From: an uncultured Methanomicrobiales archaeon
GTDB taxonomy: Archaea > Halobacteriota > Methanomicrobia > Methanomicrobiales > Methanospirillaceae
Assembly (NCBI GenBank): GCA_963697895.1
Contig: OY969100.1
Span: 1,920,001 to 1,984,000 of the forward strand
Direction: 5' to 3'
DNA: 64,000 nucleotides
Numbering within the stretch: position 1 is the first letter of the stretch; the number at the start of each line of letters is the position of its first letter. Below are positions 1-9,966 of this stretch, piece by piece. The position numbers and the translations under genes were made by a program. Below the pieces are notes generated by a model that did no database searches, was not told the origin of the DNA, and worked only from the letters and a program-made list of their open reading frames with translations.

Positions 1-431
1 ATGACCTGCATGCTCTGCTAAACAAAGGAATGAACCTTCAGAAACTCGGTCGCCTCGACGAGGCCCGGGCGGCCTATGAAGAAGTAGTGAAACTAGCTGA
101 TAAACAAGTGAGAAAAGATCCCAATACGGCAAACTACAACGCTGATCTCTGGGCGAACAGGGGAGATGCACTGTTCCGACTCGGTCAGTTTTCTGAAGCA
201 TTGGACTCGTATAATCGTTCTCTTGAGATAAATCCCAAAAATACCGAGGTGGAGCAATCCCGGGACCAGCTCATCGGAATGGAAAACATCCCTGTGGAGA
301 ACAAGACCCTGGTTGTTGCGGAAGAGGTTGTGTTACCGACCACGCCTCCCACATCGGCAGCGATTCCGGCCATAATCCCTCTGGCGAGTTTATTTGTCCT
401 GCTCATTTTTTACGGATGGATCCGTAAATGA
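1..431 (+). CDS. TPR-repeat protein with C-terminal Pro/Thr linker, TM helix and basic tail (5'-truncated by window edge)
   Basis: Frame is open from position 3 (DLHALLNKGMNLQKLG...). TPR motifs (LWANRGDALFRLGQFSEALDSYNRSLEINP). Ends PTTPPTSAAIPAIIP-hydrophobic-RK. Confidence 0.8.
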   Translation, partial: DLHALLNKGMNLQKLGRLDEARAAYEEVVKLADKQVRKDPNTANYNADLWANRGDALFRLGQFSEALDSYNRSLEINPKNTEVEQSRDQLIGMENIPVENKTLVVAEEVVLPTTPPTSAAIPAIIPLASLFVLLIFYGWIRK

Positions 432-471
432 GGATATAAACTATTTGTTTTATCCTGCGTCATAAAACAGG

Positions 472-1602
472 GTGTTTTTTTTGAATTACCACCTCATTCT
501 GACGGATAACTGCAACCTGTGCTGTTCATACTGCAGGGGGAAGAACTCCGGGTCGGGTGAGGATATAGCTCTGGAAGGTGACCTGGACCTCTCTCTTCCG
601 GTGGATCTCGATCTCGATCTGGATATTCTGTATCAGTTTCTGGAAAAAGATGCAGATCCGGCATTAATATTTTACGGCGGCGAACCGCTCCTTGCACCGC
701 ATCGGATCCGGGAGATCATGGATCATGCTCCGGTGAACCGATTCATTCTTCATACAAATGGCACGCTGCTCCATACTCTGGAACCCGGATTGATAAACCG
801 GTTTAATACGATTCTTGTCTCGATTGACGGGCCTGAATCGCTGAATGATCGAAACCGGGGAAAGGGGACATACCGGCAGATCATCCAAAATCTCCGGGAG
901 ATGAGATCGCAGGGCTACCGGGGCGAGACCATTGCACGCATGACCGTAACGGAGGAGACGGAAATAACAGAGGCGGTATGTTACCTTGCAGATAACGATG
1001 CGTTTCCCTTTGAATCCATCCACTGGCAGATCGATGCGAATTTCTGGCCAGACAGTGACGATCGCGGCGGGTTTGAGCAGTGGGTCGCTTCCAGCTACAA
1101 TCCGGGTATCCGATCATTGACGGATATCTGGGTATCCCGGATGGAAGAGAACGGGAACGTCTGCCGGTGGTACCCGTTTCTGGATACGATGGAGGATCTT
1201 CTTCGCGGAAAGAGTTCTCTCCTCCGTTGCGGCTGCGGCCATGCCAATTACAGCATTATGACGGACGGGTCCATTGCACCATGCCCTATTATGGTCGGGA
1301 TGCGGAGATACTACGTAGGACATGTTTCACAGACGGCGCCCTCTGAACTCATGAAAATTCCCATAAACGGCTCGTGTACCCGGTGCCGGTTATTCTCATT
1401 CTGCGGGGGACGGTGCCTGTATTCGAATATTATCCGCCCGTGGCCGGAACCGATGCGCAATATCGTGTGCGAAACGGTAAAAAACCTCCATGAAACCCTT
1501 ACAGCCGCACTCCCCCGGGTAAAAGATCTCATCAGAGACGGCAGGATCTCTCTCGAAGATTTTACGCATGAAAAGTTCAATAGTTGTGAAATCATCCCCT
1601 GA
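472..1602 (+). CDS. Radical SAM/SPASM protein, AF0577 (TIGR04084)-like family
   Basis: CNLCCSYC radical SAM motif, FYGGEPL, C-terminal Cys-rich SPASM region (CGCG...CP...CTRC...CGGRC...C), family-like EIIP C-terminus. Confidence 0.85.
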   Translation: MFFLNYHLILTDNCNLCCSYCRGKNSGSGEDIALEGDLDLSLPVDLDLDLDILYQFLEKDADPALIFYGGEPLLAPHRIREIMDHAPVNRFILHTNGTLLHTLEPGLINRFNTILVSIDGPESLNDRNRGKGTYRQIIQNLREMRSQGYRGETIARMTVTEETEITEAVCYLADNDAFPFESIHWQIDANFWPDSDDRGGFEQWVASSYNPGIRSLTDIWVSRMEENGNVCRWYPFLDTMEDLLRGKSSLLRCGCGHANYSIMTDGSIAPCPIMVGMRRYYVGHVSQTAPSELMKIPINGSCTRCRLFSFCGGRCLYSNIIRPWPEPMRNIVCETVKNLHETLTAALPRVKDLIRDGRISLEDFTHEKFNSCEIIP

Positions 1603-1738
1603 ACGTTGTTTGATTGGTCTTTGAACCCTGGTCTCCTGCTTCAGCGTCGAGCAAACCGTCAGGATGAGCTGCATTTTTCCCTTTTTGCCGGCATACTTTT
1701 ATCCCGAAACTTTGAAATAGGGATATTGTGGTGGGATA

Positions 1739-1999
1739 ATGGCCGGGTCATGGAAGGAAGCACAGGAAATCGCGCGCAAGGAAAAAAAGGAACAGGTATT
1801 TCATGATTTTGATACCGGAGTGTATGGATCATGTATGCGGACCGACCGACCCGGTCATTTCTCCTGTGGAAGGCACATCGAACACCGGTGTATCTGTATG
1901 CCTGCTGATTTAAGCACAGATGAGTTGGAGAGGAAAGAACGGAAATTTTTAGAAGAAAATCCGGATTGGCTGAAAAGCACGGAACAAACCGATTGGTGA
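1739..1999 (+). CDS. Small hypothetical protein with 4 Cys (86 aa)
   Basis: Protein-like composition, fills the gap between the radical SAM and Yip1 genes. Contains C-x10-C-x7-CxC. Confidence 0.65.
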   Translation: MAGSWKEAQEIARKEKKEQVFHDFDTGVYGSCMRTDRPGHFSCGRHIEHRCICMPADLSTDELERKERKFLEENPDWLKSTEQTDW

Positions 2000-2146
2000 G
2001 GGGGGTCTCCTGTTCCGAAACGGGTATGGTTCTATCCATAAAGGTTCAGCCAGGTGTCAGAAGCGAGCCATCATTCAGAAGCCAGGAAGATTCTCTAGGA
2101 CCGATGGTCGTTCATCTGTCTCGTGAAAACGGTAAAAATTAATTTT

Positions 2147-2764
2147 TTAATATGGTAGAGGAGATATCACCCTTGAAAATGCCAGAAAGAATGCAGCCGC
2201 AATGATAACTGCGATGATCACGGGAATGAGGATCGCGATGATGACCGCCCCGATCGCCCTTCCCGTAGAGATCTCATGGAGTTCCCGGATACCCAGGATC
2301 TCAAGGACAAACGCCCAGATCTCCCCGATAATGCTGACGAAGGGGATCCATCCGATCAAGAGGAGAGGTGTCGACCCGTACATCAGTGATTTGACCGTCT
2401 GGATGTATCCTTTTCTTCCCCCCAGGATGTATACCCAGAGATGGAGCCATGCCCCACCGATGAACACAAGGATAATACCCCAGATAATTGCCCCTATGAA
2501 GATGATCACGGGGAGCCATAATCCGAGACCCGGCATGAGTGTTCCATACAGGGGAGCAATCGCGGCGAGGATGGAGAATCCGATCAATGACCAGACGATC
2601 GCGGCCAGTATTGCGTAAATCACCAGCAGGATGATGAAATACTCAAATGCTCCACCAAGAGTCTCCGGCCGCGACTTCTGGAAGGTCTCGACCGGGCTGA
2701 ACAGGAACCCTTTGACTTTTTCGATAAAACTCATTGCCATATCTAACCGTGTCGGGGTACTCAT
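2147..2764 (-). CDS. Yip1-family integral membrane protein
   Basis: About 5 TM segments. GFLFSPVETF N-terminal motif and GIRELHEISTGRA motif typical of archaeal Yip1 proteins. Confidence 0.8.
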   Translation of the reverse strand: MSTPTRLDMAMSFIEKVKGFLFSPVETFQKSRPETLGGAFEYFIILLVIYAILAAIVWSLIGFSILAAIAPLYGTLMPGLGLWLPVIIFIGAIIWGIILVFIGGAWLHLWVYILGGRKGYIQTVKSLMYGSTPLLLIGWIPFVSIIGEIWAFVLEILGIRELHEISTGRAIGAVIIAILIPVIIAVIIAAAFFLAFSRVISPLPY

Positions 2765-3010
2765 ATTTATAGTCTTTGGTAAATGGCTCTCTGAAAAATG
2801 GGTTATCGCTCATGGATTTCGAGATGAACCGGTTATGGGAATTTCCGGATACCTATCTCCTCCGTTATCGTGAAGGATAACACCCACATACGTAACAGAT
2901 CATCAGAAATTATCGGCAAAGTCCAGATATGGAGGAACGTGGGAAAGGATGCTGAAAAAGAGGGAACGTTTCTTGAATGAACGGGGCTCAACGGATTTGA
3001 GATCTCTTTT

Positions 3011-3487
3011 CTATTTATGATAGGGTTCTCCCCGCATGATCCGGAATGCACGGTAGAGCTGCTCGACCAGGATGAGGCGGACCAGCTGGTGTGGGAACGT
3101 CATCCGGGAGAGAGAGAGGCATATATCAGCCCGGTCCAATATCAGATCCGAAAGTCCGGGCGGGCCCCCGATCAGGAAGACGAGATCATTTCTCCCGGAA
3201 AGCGCGAAGGATGTCATCCGCCGGGCAAGATCTTCACTCGTCCAGGTCTCACCTTCCGGATCGAGGGCAATTATAACGGTATCCGCGGAGAGTCCGTTCA
3301 GCAACCGGATCCCCTCCTGATCCCGGCCCCGTCTCTGAGTTAAAGGCATTACCTCCGGGAGGTTCTCAACCGGGAACTCGCGAATGCTGAAACGGGTATA
3401 GGGGCGAAGTCTTTTCTGGTACTCTGTAATACCTTCGGCAATATACGCCTCCCTGATATGCCCGATGGCGCGAATTTCGATCTTCAT
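3011..3487 (-). CDS. rlmH: 23S rRNA (pseudouridine-1915-N3)-methyltransferase RlmH (SPOUT family)
   Basis: Start placed at MKIEIRAIG. Motifs ALDPEG, FLIGGPPGL, SLSRMTFPHQLVRLILVEQLYRAF, C-terminal PYHK. Confidence 0.92.
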   Translation of the reverse strand: MKIEIRAIGHIREAYIAEGITEYQKRLRPYTRFSIREFPVENLPEVMPLTQRRGRDQEGIRLLNGLSADTVIIALDPEGETWTSEDLARRMTSFALSGRNDLVFLIGGPPGLSDLILDRADICLSLSRMTFPHQLVRLILVEQLYRAFRIMRGEPYHK

Positions 3488-3991
3488 GATGGTCGTACAG
3501 GTTGACTGCCGGAACCCGGTCCCGGCTTGAATCATCAGTTCGTGCGTTTCATTCTTAAGATATGTGGTAATCATTCATGAAATTCTGCCTTTCGCACGAA
3601 CAAGACGCCACGGTGGGAAAAAACGGGATTCGATCATCACTTTCACTCCACATGGCGGTTGTTCATAAGAGCTGGATGTCATCGATAGTGTAAGGAGGTA
3701 GAATGTGACGGTTCATTCAGAAATGCCGGTCATGAATGCCTCCGGAAGAGCCCTTAAACCTTCAAGACCTTGATCAGTGAAACCCGTATCTCCCCTACGG
3801 AGTTTCTCTCTTTTCCGTGTGTTGTAGTAAAGTGAAATCATATAACTAATGGTATCCCGTTTTCCGGCGCAGCCCCACCGTGTGATCAGGGGGATCTCGC
3901 GGGGTGGTTAAGCCGTTTCCTGCACGTTCAACCCTGATCGGTGCCCATTTCATATAAGAACGTATTTCACCCCCGGGGAAAAAGACACTAT

Positions 3992-4477
3992 ATGGCGCTT
4001 CGATCCATCAATCTTCCGGGAATAGGCACAAAGTACGAACTTGAAACAGAAAAGGGAGATACTGTCGCGGTGTTCTTCCTGAAGAGTGGAAATATCCAGA
4101 TCTATACCCTCCCGCATAATACCCCGACCCCCAGTGTTGCTGAACTGACTACGGGTGAAGCGAGGAGGCTGGGGACAATCCTGACCGGGGCCATCATGGA
4201 AGCAGACCGGGAAAGTGTGGAGATAGCCTTCTCAGCCCTCTCCGATCTCCGGATCAGCGTTCATACCTATATCATCCATCATTCGATGTCAGGAAAGAGC
4301 CTCGAGGATCTCCAGATCCGTGCGAAGACGGGAGTCACCATTATTGCGGTCTCCCGAGGAGATAAAAACGTCATCAATCCATCGCCAAATTTTGTTTTCC
4401 AGGAAGGCGATGCCGTGATCGCTATCGGAGAGAGCGATCAGCTGAAAATGTTCGAGGCAGAGATCATAGGTGTCTGA
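3992..4477 (+). CDS. K+/H+ antiporter regulatory subunit, KhtT-like (TrkA-C/RCK_C domain)
   Basis: LPGIGTKY N-terminus and RCK_C domain (IRAKTGVTIIAV...NPSPNFVFQEGD). TGATG overlap with the antiporter gene. Confidence 0.85.
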   Translation: MALRSINLPGIGTKYELETEKGDTVAVFFLKSGNIQIYTLPHNTPTPSVAELTTGEARRLGTILTGAIMEADRESVEIAFSALSDLRISVHTYIIHHSMSGKSLEDLQIRAKTGVTIIAVSRGDKNVINPSPNFVFQEGDAVIAIGESDQLKMFEAEIIGV

Positions 4478-5655
4478 TGGAAGGAGTCGTCATTGCCTTA
4501 GTCGTCTGCCTTATCCTCGCACTTATCACGAAAAGGTTGTCGCTCCCCACCATCCCGTTTTATATCATTGCCGGATTACTCATCGGTGAAAGCGGGCTCA
4601 ATCTGGTCGAATCGGATGCCGTTTCGCTCTTCCTCACCCAGCTGGGTCTGCTCTTCCTCCTGTTCTTCATGGGCCTGGAGATTAAGCCGGAGCGGATATG
4701 GAGTAATCAGTCGGCGATTCTCACCAGTGGCGTGATTGACCTTAATATCAACATGATCATCGGTTTTGTTGCCGCGTATGCCCTCGGCTTCTCATTCTTT
4801 GATTCGCTGATCGTCGCCGCGGCTTTTTTCATCAGCAGTACCGCGATGGCGGTCACCTCACTGGTAGAAAATCGGAAGCTCCTGATGCGGGAATCAGAGA
4901 CGATCGTCTGGCTGATGATCTTTGAGGATATTGTCCTTATCATCATTCTCGCATTTGTCGGATCAGCAACGGATAATCCGTTCCTTCTGGTTCTGAAACT
5001 GATCGCCGTCCTCGGTGCGTTATATGCCGTCATACGGCTTGGAAAGAGATATATCGGAGCATTGCTGAAAAGAGACGACGAACTCCCTGTTTTGCTGACC
5101 TTTTCGGCGGTACTGGGGATTGCCGCATTTTCGGAGGCGATCGGGATTCCCCAGTCATTTGTGGTGATCGCATTCGGCACAATGCTCGGGTCCATCGACA
5201 CCGCGGCATTCGAGACACACTCCCGCCCGTTCAAGGATGTGTTCCTGGTTATCTTTTTTGTATTCTTCGGGGTGACCACCAACCTCTTCGCCGGGGGGGT
5301 ATCTCTCCTCGCCATTGTTCTCGTTAGTATCCTCGCGATCGCAAGTAAATGGGCCTCGGGGATGGTGATCGGGCGGGTTATTCATCACAGTGCTGCGTCG
5401 GGTATCGAGATCTGGTCCAACACCATCGGGAGGGGGGAATTCTCAATCGCAATTGCTGCCTTGTATGGTTCGCCGGTTGTCTCCAGTATCATCGCAACCA
5501 TGGTCATCATCACGTCCATCGTCGGTGCCTTTGCTGCACGGTATAGTGCCTTCTTAAAGCGTCTGATGCTCCGCAAAAAAGGTGGAAGTCCTGAAGCGGG
5601 TCCTCCGGCCTACGACGAAACAGCCAGAATCAGGCAGGTGCCTGAGGGAGAATAA
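4477..5655 (+). CDS. Cation:proton antiporter (CPA2, KhtU/KefB-like)
   Basis: About 12 TM helices. Motifs LFFMGLE, SSTA, IFEDI, RGEFS. Confidence 0.9.
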   Translation: MEGVVIALVVCLILALITKRLSLPTIPFYIIAGLLIGESGLNLVESDAVSLFLTQLGLLFLLFFMGLEIKPERIWSNQSAILTSGVIDLNINMIIGFVAAYALGFSFFDSLIVAAAFFISSTAMAVTSLVENRKLLMRESETIVWLMIFEDIVLIIILAFVGSATDNPFLLVLKLIAVLGALYAVIRLGKRYIGALLKRDDELPVLLTFSAVLGIAAFSEAIGIPQSFVVIAFGTMLGSIDTAAFETHSRPFKDVFLVIFFVFFGVTTNLFAGGVSLLAIVLVSILAIASKWASGMVIGRVIHHSAASGIEIWSNTIGRGEFSIAIAALYGSPVVSSIIATMVIITSIVGAFAARYSAFLKRLMLRKKGGSPEAGPPAYDETARIRQVPEGE

Positions 5656-5825
5656 AAACAGTATCACTCGTAAAAGCGGGAGGTGTTATCTGGCACCCGT
5701 TACAAGGCCATATTTTGTAGGGTCGTTCATGGATTATTTTTATTACCCGGACAATAGATCCCTGAATTCTTCTTACCAGTACCCGGAGGACCGGTGTGAC
5801 CCTCCATCTCCAAAGAGCAATTCGA

Positions 5826-7428
5826 TTACTCGCCAGGGTTTTCCCCTTCGCAGATGACTGCAGTTACGGTCAGAAAAACCGGCCCCCGTACGTCTATCTT
5901 CTTTTTGGTGTCCGTGATGAACCGGACTGCAAATTCATCGATTCGCAGGTTGATATCGCTCGGAAGTTTGGCCATTTTGACCTGAACAGTTGTATCTCTC
6001 CCACATCGGGCAGCATCCTCGATACGGGCTGCGGCAAGGGATGCAACAGCATCAAGATAGCTGATCCCGGTATCGATCCCGTTCGTTCTGACTTCTGCCC
6101 ATTTCTCTGTGTCCGGGACTCCCAGAATCGCACCCTGGTACACATAAATCCGGTTAAAACAAGCGGGTCCACACAGTTTTGTATTGGATTCCGGCTCCTG
6201 AACGGTGACTTTTAGCGGTATTCCCAAGAGCTCCCCGCACCATGCATCGAACGAACAGGGGCCTGGTGCATCCGCGTGTTCCCTCGCCGTTTCCCTGATG
6301 GAGGCAGCGAGGTGCATACCCGTCCCGGTAACCGGCTCCTCACGGTACCTGATTGCCCGAGCGATCTCGAGATCGGTCATCACCTTCGGAAAGAATTGCG
6401 GATACGAGAGCTGACGTACGTCCTGCGAGCCGTATGCAATCATTGCAAGCCGTTCCACGCCAAGCCCGAGGTTCATGACCGGAATTTCGATATTGTACTC
6501 TGCAAGTGCAGATGGGGAATACATCCCGAATGTAGCAACCTCGACCCATTCGTGTACCGGGTGCCTGGCATAGACCTCGGTCTGCGTGTCCGGAATATAA
6601 TATTTGGAGCGCTTTTCGTCAGGCCTGAATCTGAAGTCTGTAAACCCGAATGCAGACAGGAGGGCCTCACTCACGGCTTTTCCCTCCTCATTCGTCACAT
6701 CCTCCCCGGCAACCACACATGAGGCGGAGTGGTAGCTCATCAGCCTCGTGGGACCCTCCTCCTGTTCGCGTCGGAAACAGCGGTCCACCGAGAAAAGGCG
6801 GAGGGGCAGTTGTCTTTTGTCCCAGATGGCACCCAATGTGATGAACCACCCGCTCGTCATATGACTCCTGAGCGTATTTCGGGAAGACTCGGGTGCAAGA
6901 GCCTGGAATTCGGGGAAGACGGAATCCAGAATGTGTACTACACGGGCATCATTCACCGCGAGGACCGTTGCAAGTTCATGAACCAGATCATCGCCATCGA
7001 TGGCCGACTTTTTATACGCATGGAGCGTTTCCCGGAGCCGTTCTTCGGTTTCAATGCTCATTTCCCTGCCGATCAAGGCGTTTATCTCGTCAAGGTTCTT
7101 TCTTGCGATACCCACATTGGGGCGGGGAAGCCCGCCGAGGTAAAACACCCGGTCGAGTACCGCACTTGCTTCCGGGCCGAATTGACGGTAGACCTCCTGC
7201 TCCTCCACGATAACCGGATTGCAGTATTCATCGAAACCCAGGGACAGGTAGGTGTCTCGGAGCCTGTTCACCATGGCAAATACCGGATGCTCGGCCGCCC
7301 TCCGGTATGCCAGTCTGAGGATACCGGTTCCCCCTGCGGGGCGGGGTCAAAACCGATTGTCCCTCATACCATGCCTTTTCGAAGTCCTCTTTCGCCAGTT
7401 TTTTGAATGTTTCTCCTTTGAACCTCAT
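5826..7428 (-). CDS. sepS: O-phosphoserine--tRNA(Cys) ligase (SepRS), one +1 frameshift at ~7314 (probable sequencing error)
   Basis: N-terminal ORF MRF...DFEKAW joins the main ORF ([25 protein letters not shown]) on deleting T7314, giving [13 protein letters not shown]. Confidence 0.93.
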
Positions 7429-8318
7429 GCATGCCGCTCCAGACAGATCACCCGGGAGAGCGGGTTCTCGTCCCTGATCCGGTAATCGGTGCAGGACGCG
7501 ATCTCCTCGGCGAATGACCGCACATGGTCATGCCCGGGCATATGATCCCGGGTCAGTCGTTTTCTACTGTACCCCAGAAACATATATCCCTTCACTTCAA
7601 CAAACGAGGCACCTGAATCCTGCACCAGCCGGCCGTACCCTCCAGGATCATGATCATTGAGCCCCCGGACCAGCGTAATACGGATCGCAGACCGGCGGCT
7701 TCCCAGGAGTCCCAGGCTTTCCCGGACAGCATCCCACGTATCAGTGACCGGCCTGCAGATCTGGTTATAGGTCATCCGGTCAGGAGCAGCGAGTGAAACA
7801 TACAGCTGGAAGGGTGCACACCGGCGAAGGACAGATGGGCGGGTTCCATTGCTGACGAGAAAGGTGGTGTAACCCTCTTTTGTCAGGAGATCGATCAGAC
7901 CGGGAAGATTTTCATAGAGCGTGGGTTCTCCCGAAAGGGATATCGCGACATGGCAGGGATCAAGTGCCTCCGAGAATCGTTCTTCAGTCACGTACGGGGA
8001 GACTTTATACCCTGAGAGTGCCTTTTTCTGCAGCGCTCTGATCCCTCCGACGATCTCCTCCGGAGAACAGGGGGTCTCTTCGGACATCTCGTGCTCGAAA
8101 GATCTCCAGCAGAACAGGCACCGCTGGTTGCAGCGAAGAGTCGGGGTCATCTGGATACACCGGTGGCTGATCACCCCGTAGAACTGATGCTTATAACACA
8201 TTTCCCCGCCGGTGAGTGCCCTCTTACACCAGAGACAGGGTTTTACGGCGGCGGTAGCACCGGCCTTTACGAATTGATACCCCTGTTTCTGCAGCGCTTT
8301 ACATGGTCCGGATGGCAT
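7425..8318 (-). CDS. taw1: 4-demethylwyosine synthase Taw1/TYW1 (radical SAM)
   Basis: CYKHQFYG, SHRCIQMTP, CNQRCLFCWR, AISLSGEPTLY, EVKGYM. Confidence 0.93.
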   Translation of the reverse strand: MPSGPCKALQKQGYQFVKAGATAAVKPCLWCKRALTGGEMCYKHQFYGVISHRCIQMTPTLRCNQRCLFCWRSFEHEMSEETPCSPEEIVGGIRALQKKALSGYKVSPYVTEERFSEALDPCHVAISLSGEPTLYENLPGLIDLLTKEGYTTFLVSNGTRPSVLRRCAPFQLYVSLAAPDRMTYNQICRPVTDTWDAVRESLGLLGSRRSAIRITLVRGLNDHDPGGYGRLVQDSGASFVEVKGYMFLGYSRKRLTRDHMPGHDHVRSFAEEIASCTDYRIRDENPLSRVICLERHA

Positions 8319-9966
8319 CGATGCCGAGCGTTTCCAGGGCTTCATGGAGGGTGTTCTGGGTTGCCTTAACGAGGGTAAGCCGGCTTCTCCGGATCATTCC
8401 CCCGGCTTTCAGTACCGGATCGAAATGATAGAACGTGTTGAACAGGTCTGCAAGTTCCCGTGCATAGGATGCAAGCAGATGCGGTTTTAATTCGCTCACA
8501 ACACGGTCGATGATCGCGGGGAACCGGGCGATATGCTTGGCGAGTTCGATCTCGTAGGGATCGGCAAATTCAAACCCCGGCTCAAATTCACCTGCCTTTT
8601 CGAGGATGCTACAGGCACGTGCATGCGCATACTGGATATAGGGGCCGCTTTGACGGTCGAAGTCGAGTGCTTCCTTCCAGTCGAATACGGTGCTCTTGTC
8701 CGGGGATATCTTTACGATATCATACCGGATGCCCGCGATGGCAACAGAGTGTGCGATTCGGTGACGGGTCCCTTCATCGAGATCGGGTCGCCGAATGGTC
8801 ACCTCTTCAAGGGCCCGGGCTGTGACTTCATCCATCAGCTCGTCTGCCGACACGAATTTACCGGCCCGGGTACTCATCGAACCTTCCGGGAGCGATACGA
8901 ATTCAAAATGCACTATTACTGGCGGTTTTTCACCGATCAACCCCAGGGTCGCAATCAATTGCGCACCGATCAACTTATGGTCTGCTCCGAGGACATCGAT
9001 AACCCGATCAAAGTTCCTCCCCTTCCAGATATGATAGGCCAGATCGCGTGCGGCATAGACCGATGTACCATCGCTCCTCCTCAGCACGTACTCTTTCTCG
9101 AACCCTTCTTCGCGAAGATCGAGCCATACTTTCCCATCCTCGTGATACTCCGGGAGTCGGCGTATCCTCCCGAATAGCCGCTCTGTATCCCCGTTCCTGA
9201 TAAAGTCGCTTTCCCAGACGAAACGGTCATGTCGCACATTCAGGCGGTTCATAGTTACCCGGAATCCGTCCAGGCAACGAATGACCGCCGTCCGAAATTT
9301 CCTTACCGTTTCTTTATCCCCTTTCTCTACCTGCCGCATCAGAAGGTCGATAGCCGGTACGACTTCCTGTTCACCCGCATCGATCTCCCGATTCGCGGCG
9401 ATGTAGACCCTGGCAACATAATGGTCGTCTTTTTCCCCGGGGTACGGGGATATACCCAGACAATCAAATCCCCAGACGACGATCGCGATCTGCCTTCCCA
9501 TGTCGTTTACGTAGTACTGCACTTCGGTGCAGAGGCCGGCCTTCCGGTAACACCTTGCGATCGTGTCCCCGATGATAGAGTTCCGGATATGACCCACGTG
9601 GAGCGGCCCGTTTGGGTTCGCGCTGGTATGTTCAAGTACAACCCGCAGAGATCCCGGGGTTGATGCCCCGTAACCGGGTTTCAGTGCCTCCTGAAGAGAT
9701 GAATGGATATAGGCAGGACCAAACCGGAAATTGATGTACGGTCCGTTCGCCTCAACGGTGATTCCTGCTATCTCCGGCCGGGACGAGATGGCAGTCGCGA
9801 TTTCTGACGCGATAAGAACCGGAGGCTTCCTGCGGGATTTTGCAAGGACAAATGCGACCGTGGATGCCAGATCCGCATGGCCTTCTCCATCGATGAGCAA
9901 AACATCATCAACGCCGGTATATTCCTGAAGCAGGGACTCGATTGCAGCAAATGTCTCGCGGTACAT
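8299..9966 (-). CDS. argS: Arginine--tRNA ligase
   Basis: EHTSANPNGPLHVGH (HIGH motif), MSTRAG, YIQYAHAR, C-terminal M. Confidence 0.97.
   Translation of the reverse strand: MYRETFAAIESLLQEYTGVDDVLLIDGEGHADLASTVAFVLAKSRRKPPVLIASEIATAISSRPEIAGITVEANGPYINFRFGPAYIHSSLQEALKPGYGASTPGSLRVVLEHTSANPNGPLHVGHIRNSIIGDTIARCYRKAGLCTEVQYYVNDMGRQIAIVVWGFDCLGISPYPGEKDDHYVARVYIAANREIDAGEQEVVPAIDLLMRQVEKGDKETVRKFRTAVIRCLDGFRVTMNRLNVRHDRFVWESDFIRNGDTERLFGRIRRLPEYHEDGKVWLDLREEGFEKEYVLRRSDGTSVYAARDLAYHIWKGRNFDRVIDVLGADHKLIGAQLIATLGLIGEKPPVIVHFEFVSLPEGSMSTRAGKFVSADELMDEVTARALEEVTIRRPDLDEGTRHRIAHSVAIAGIRYDIVKISPDKSTVFDWKEALDFDRQSGPYIQYAHARACSILEKAGEFEPGFEFADPYEIELAKHIARFPAIIDRVVSELKPHLLASYARELADLFNTFYHFDPVLKAGGMIRRSRLTLVKATQNTLHEALETLGIDAIRTM

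Noticed and set aside
3860-3990. c-di-AMP (ydaO) riboswitch ahead of the khtT/khtU-like genes
   Set aside because: The conserved ydaO sequence blocks are absent; kept only as a generic structured-RNA candidate.
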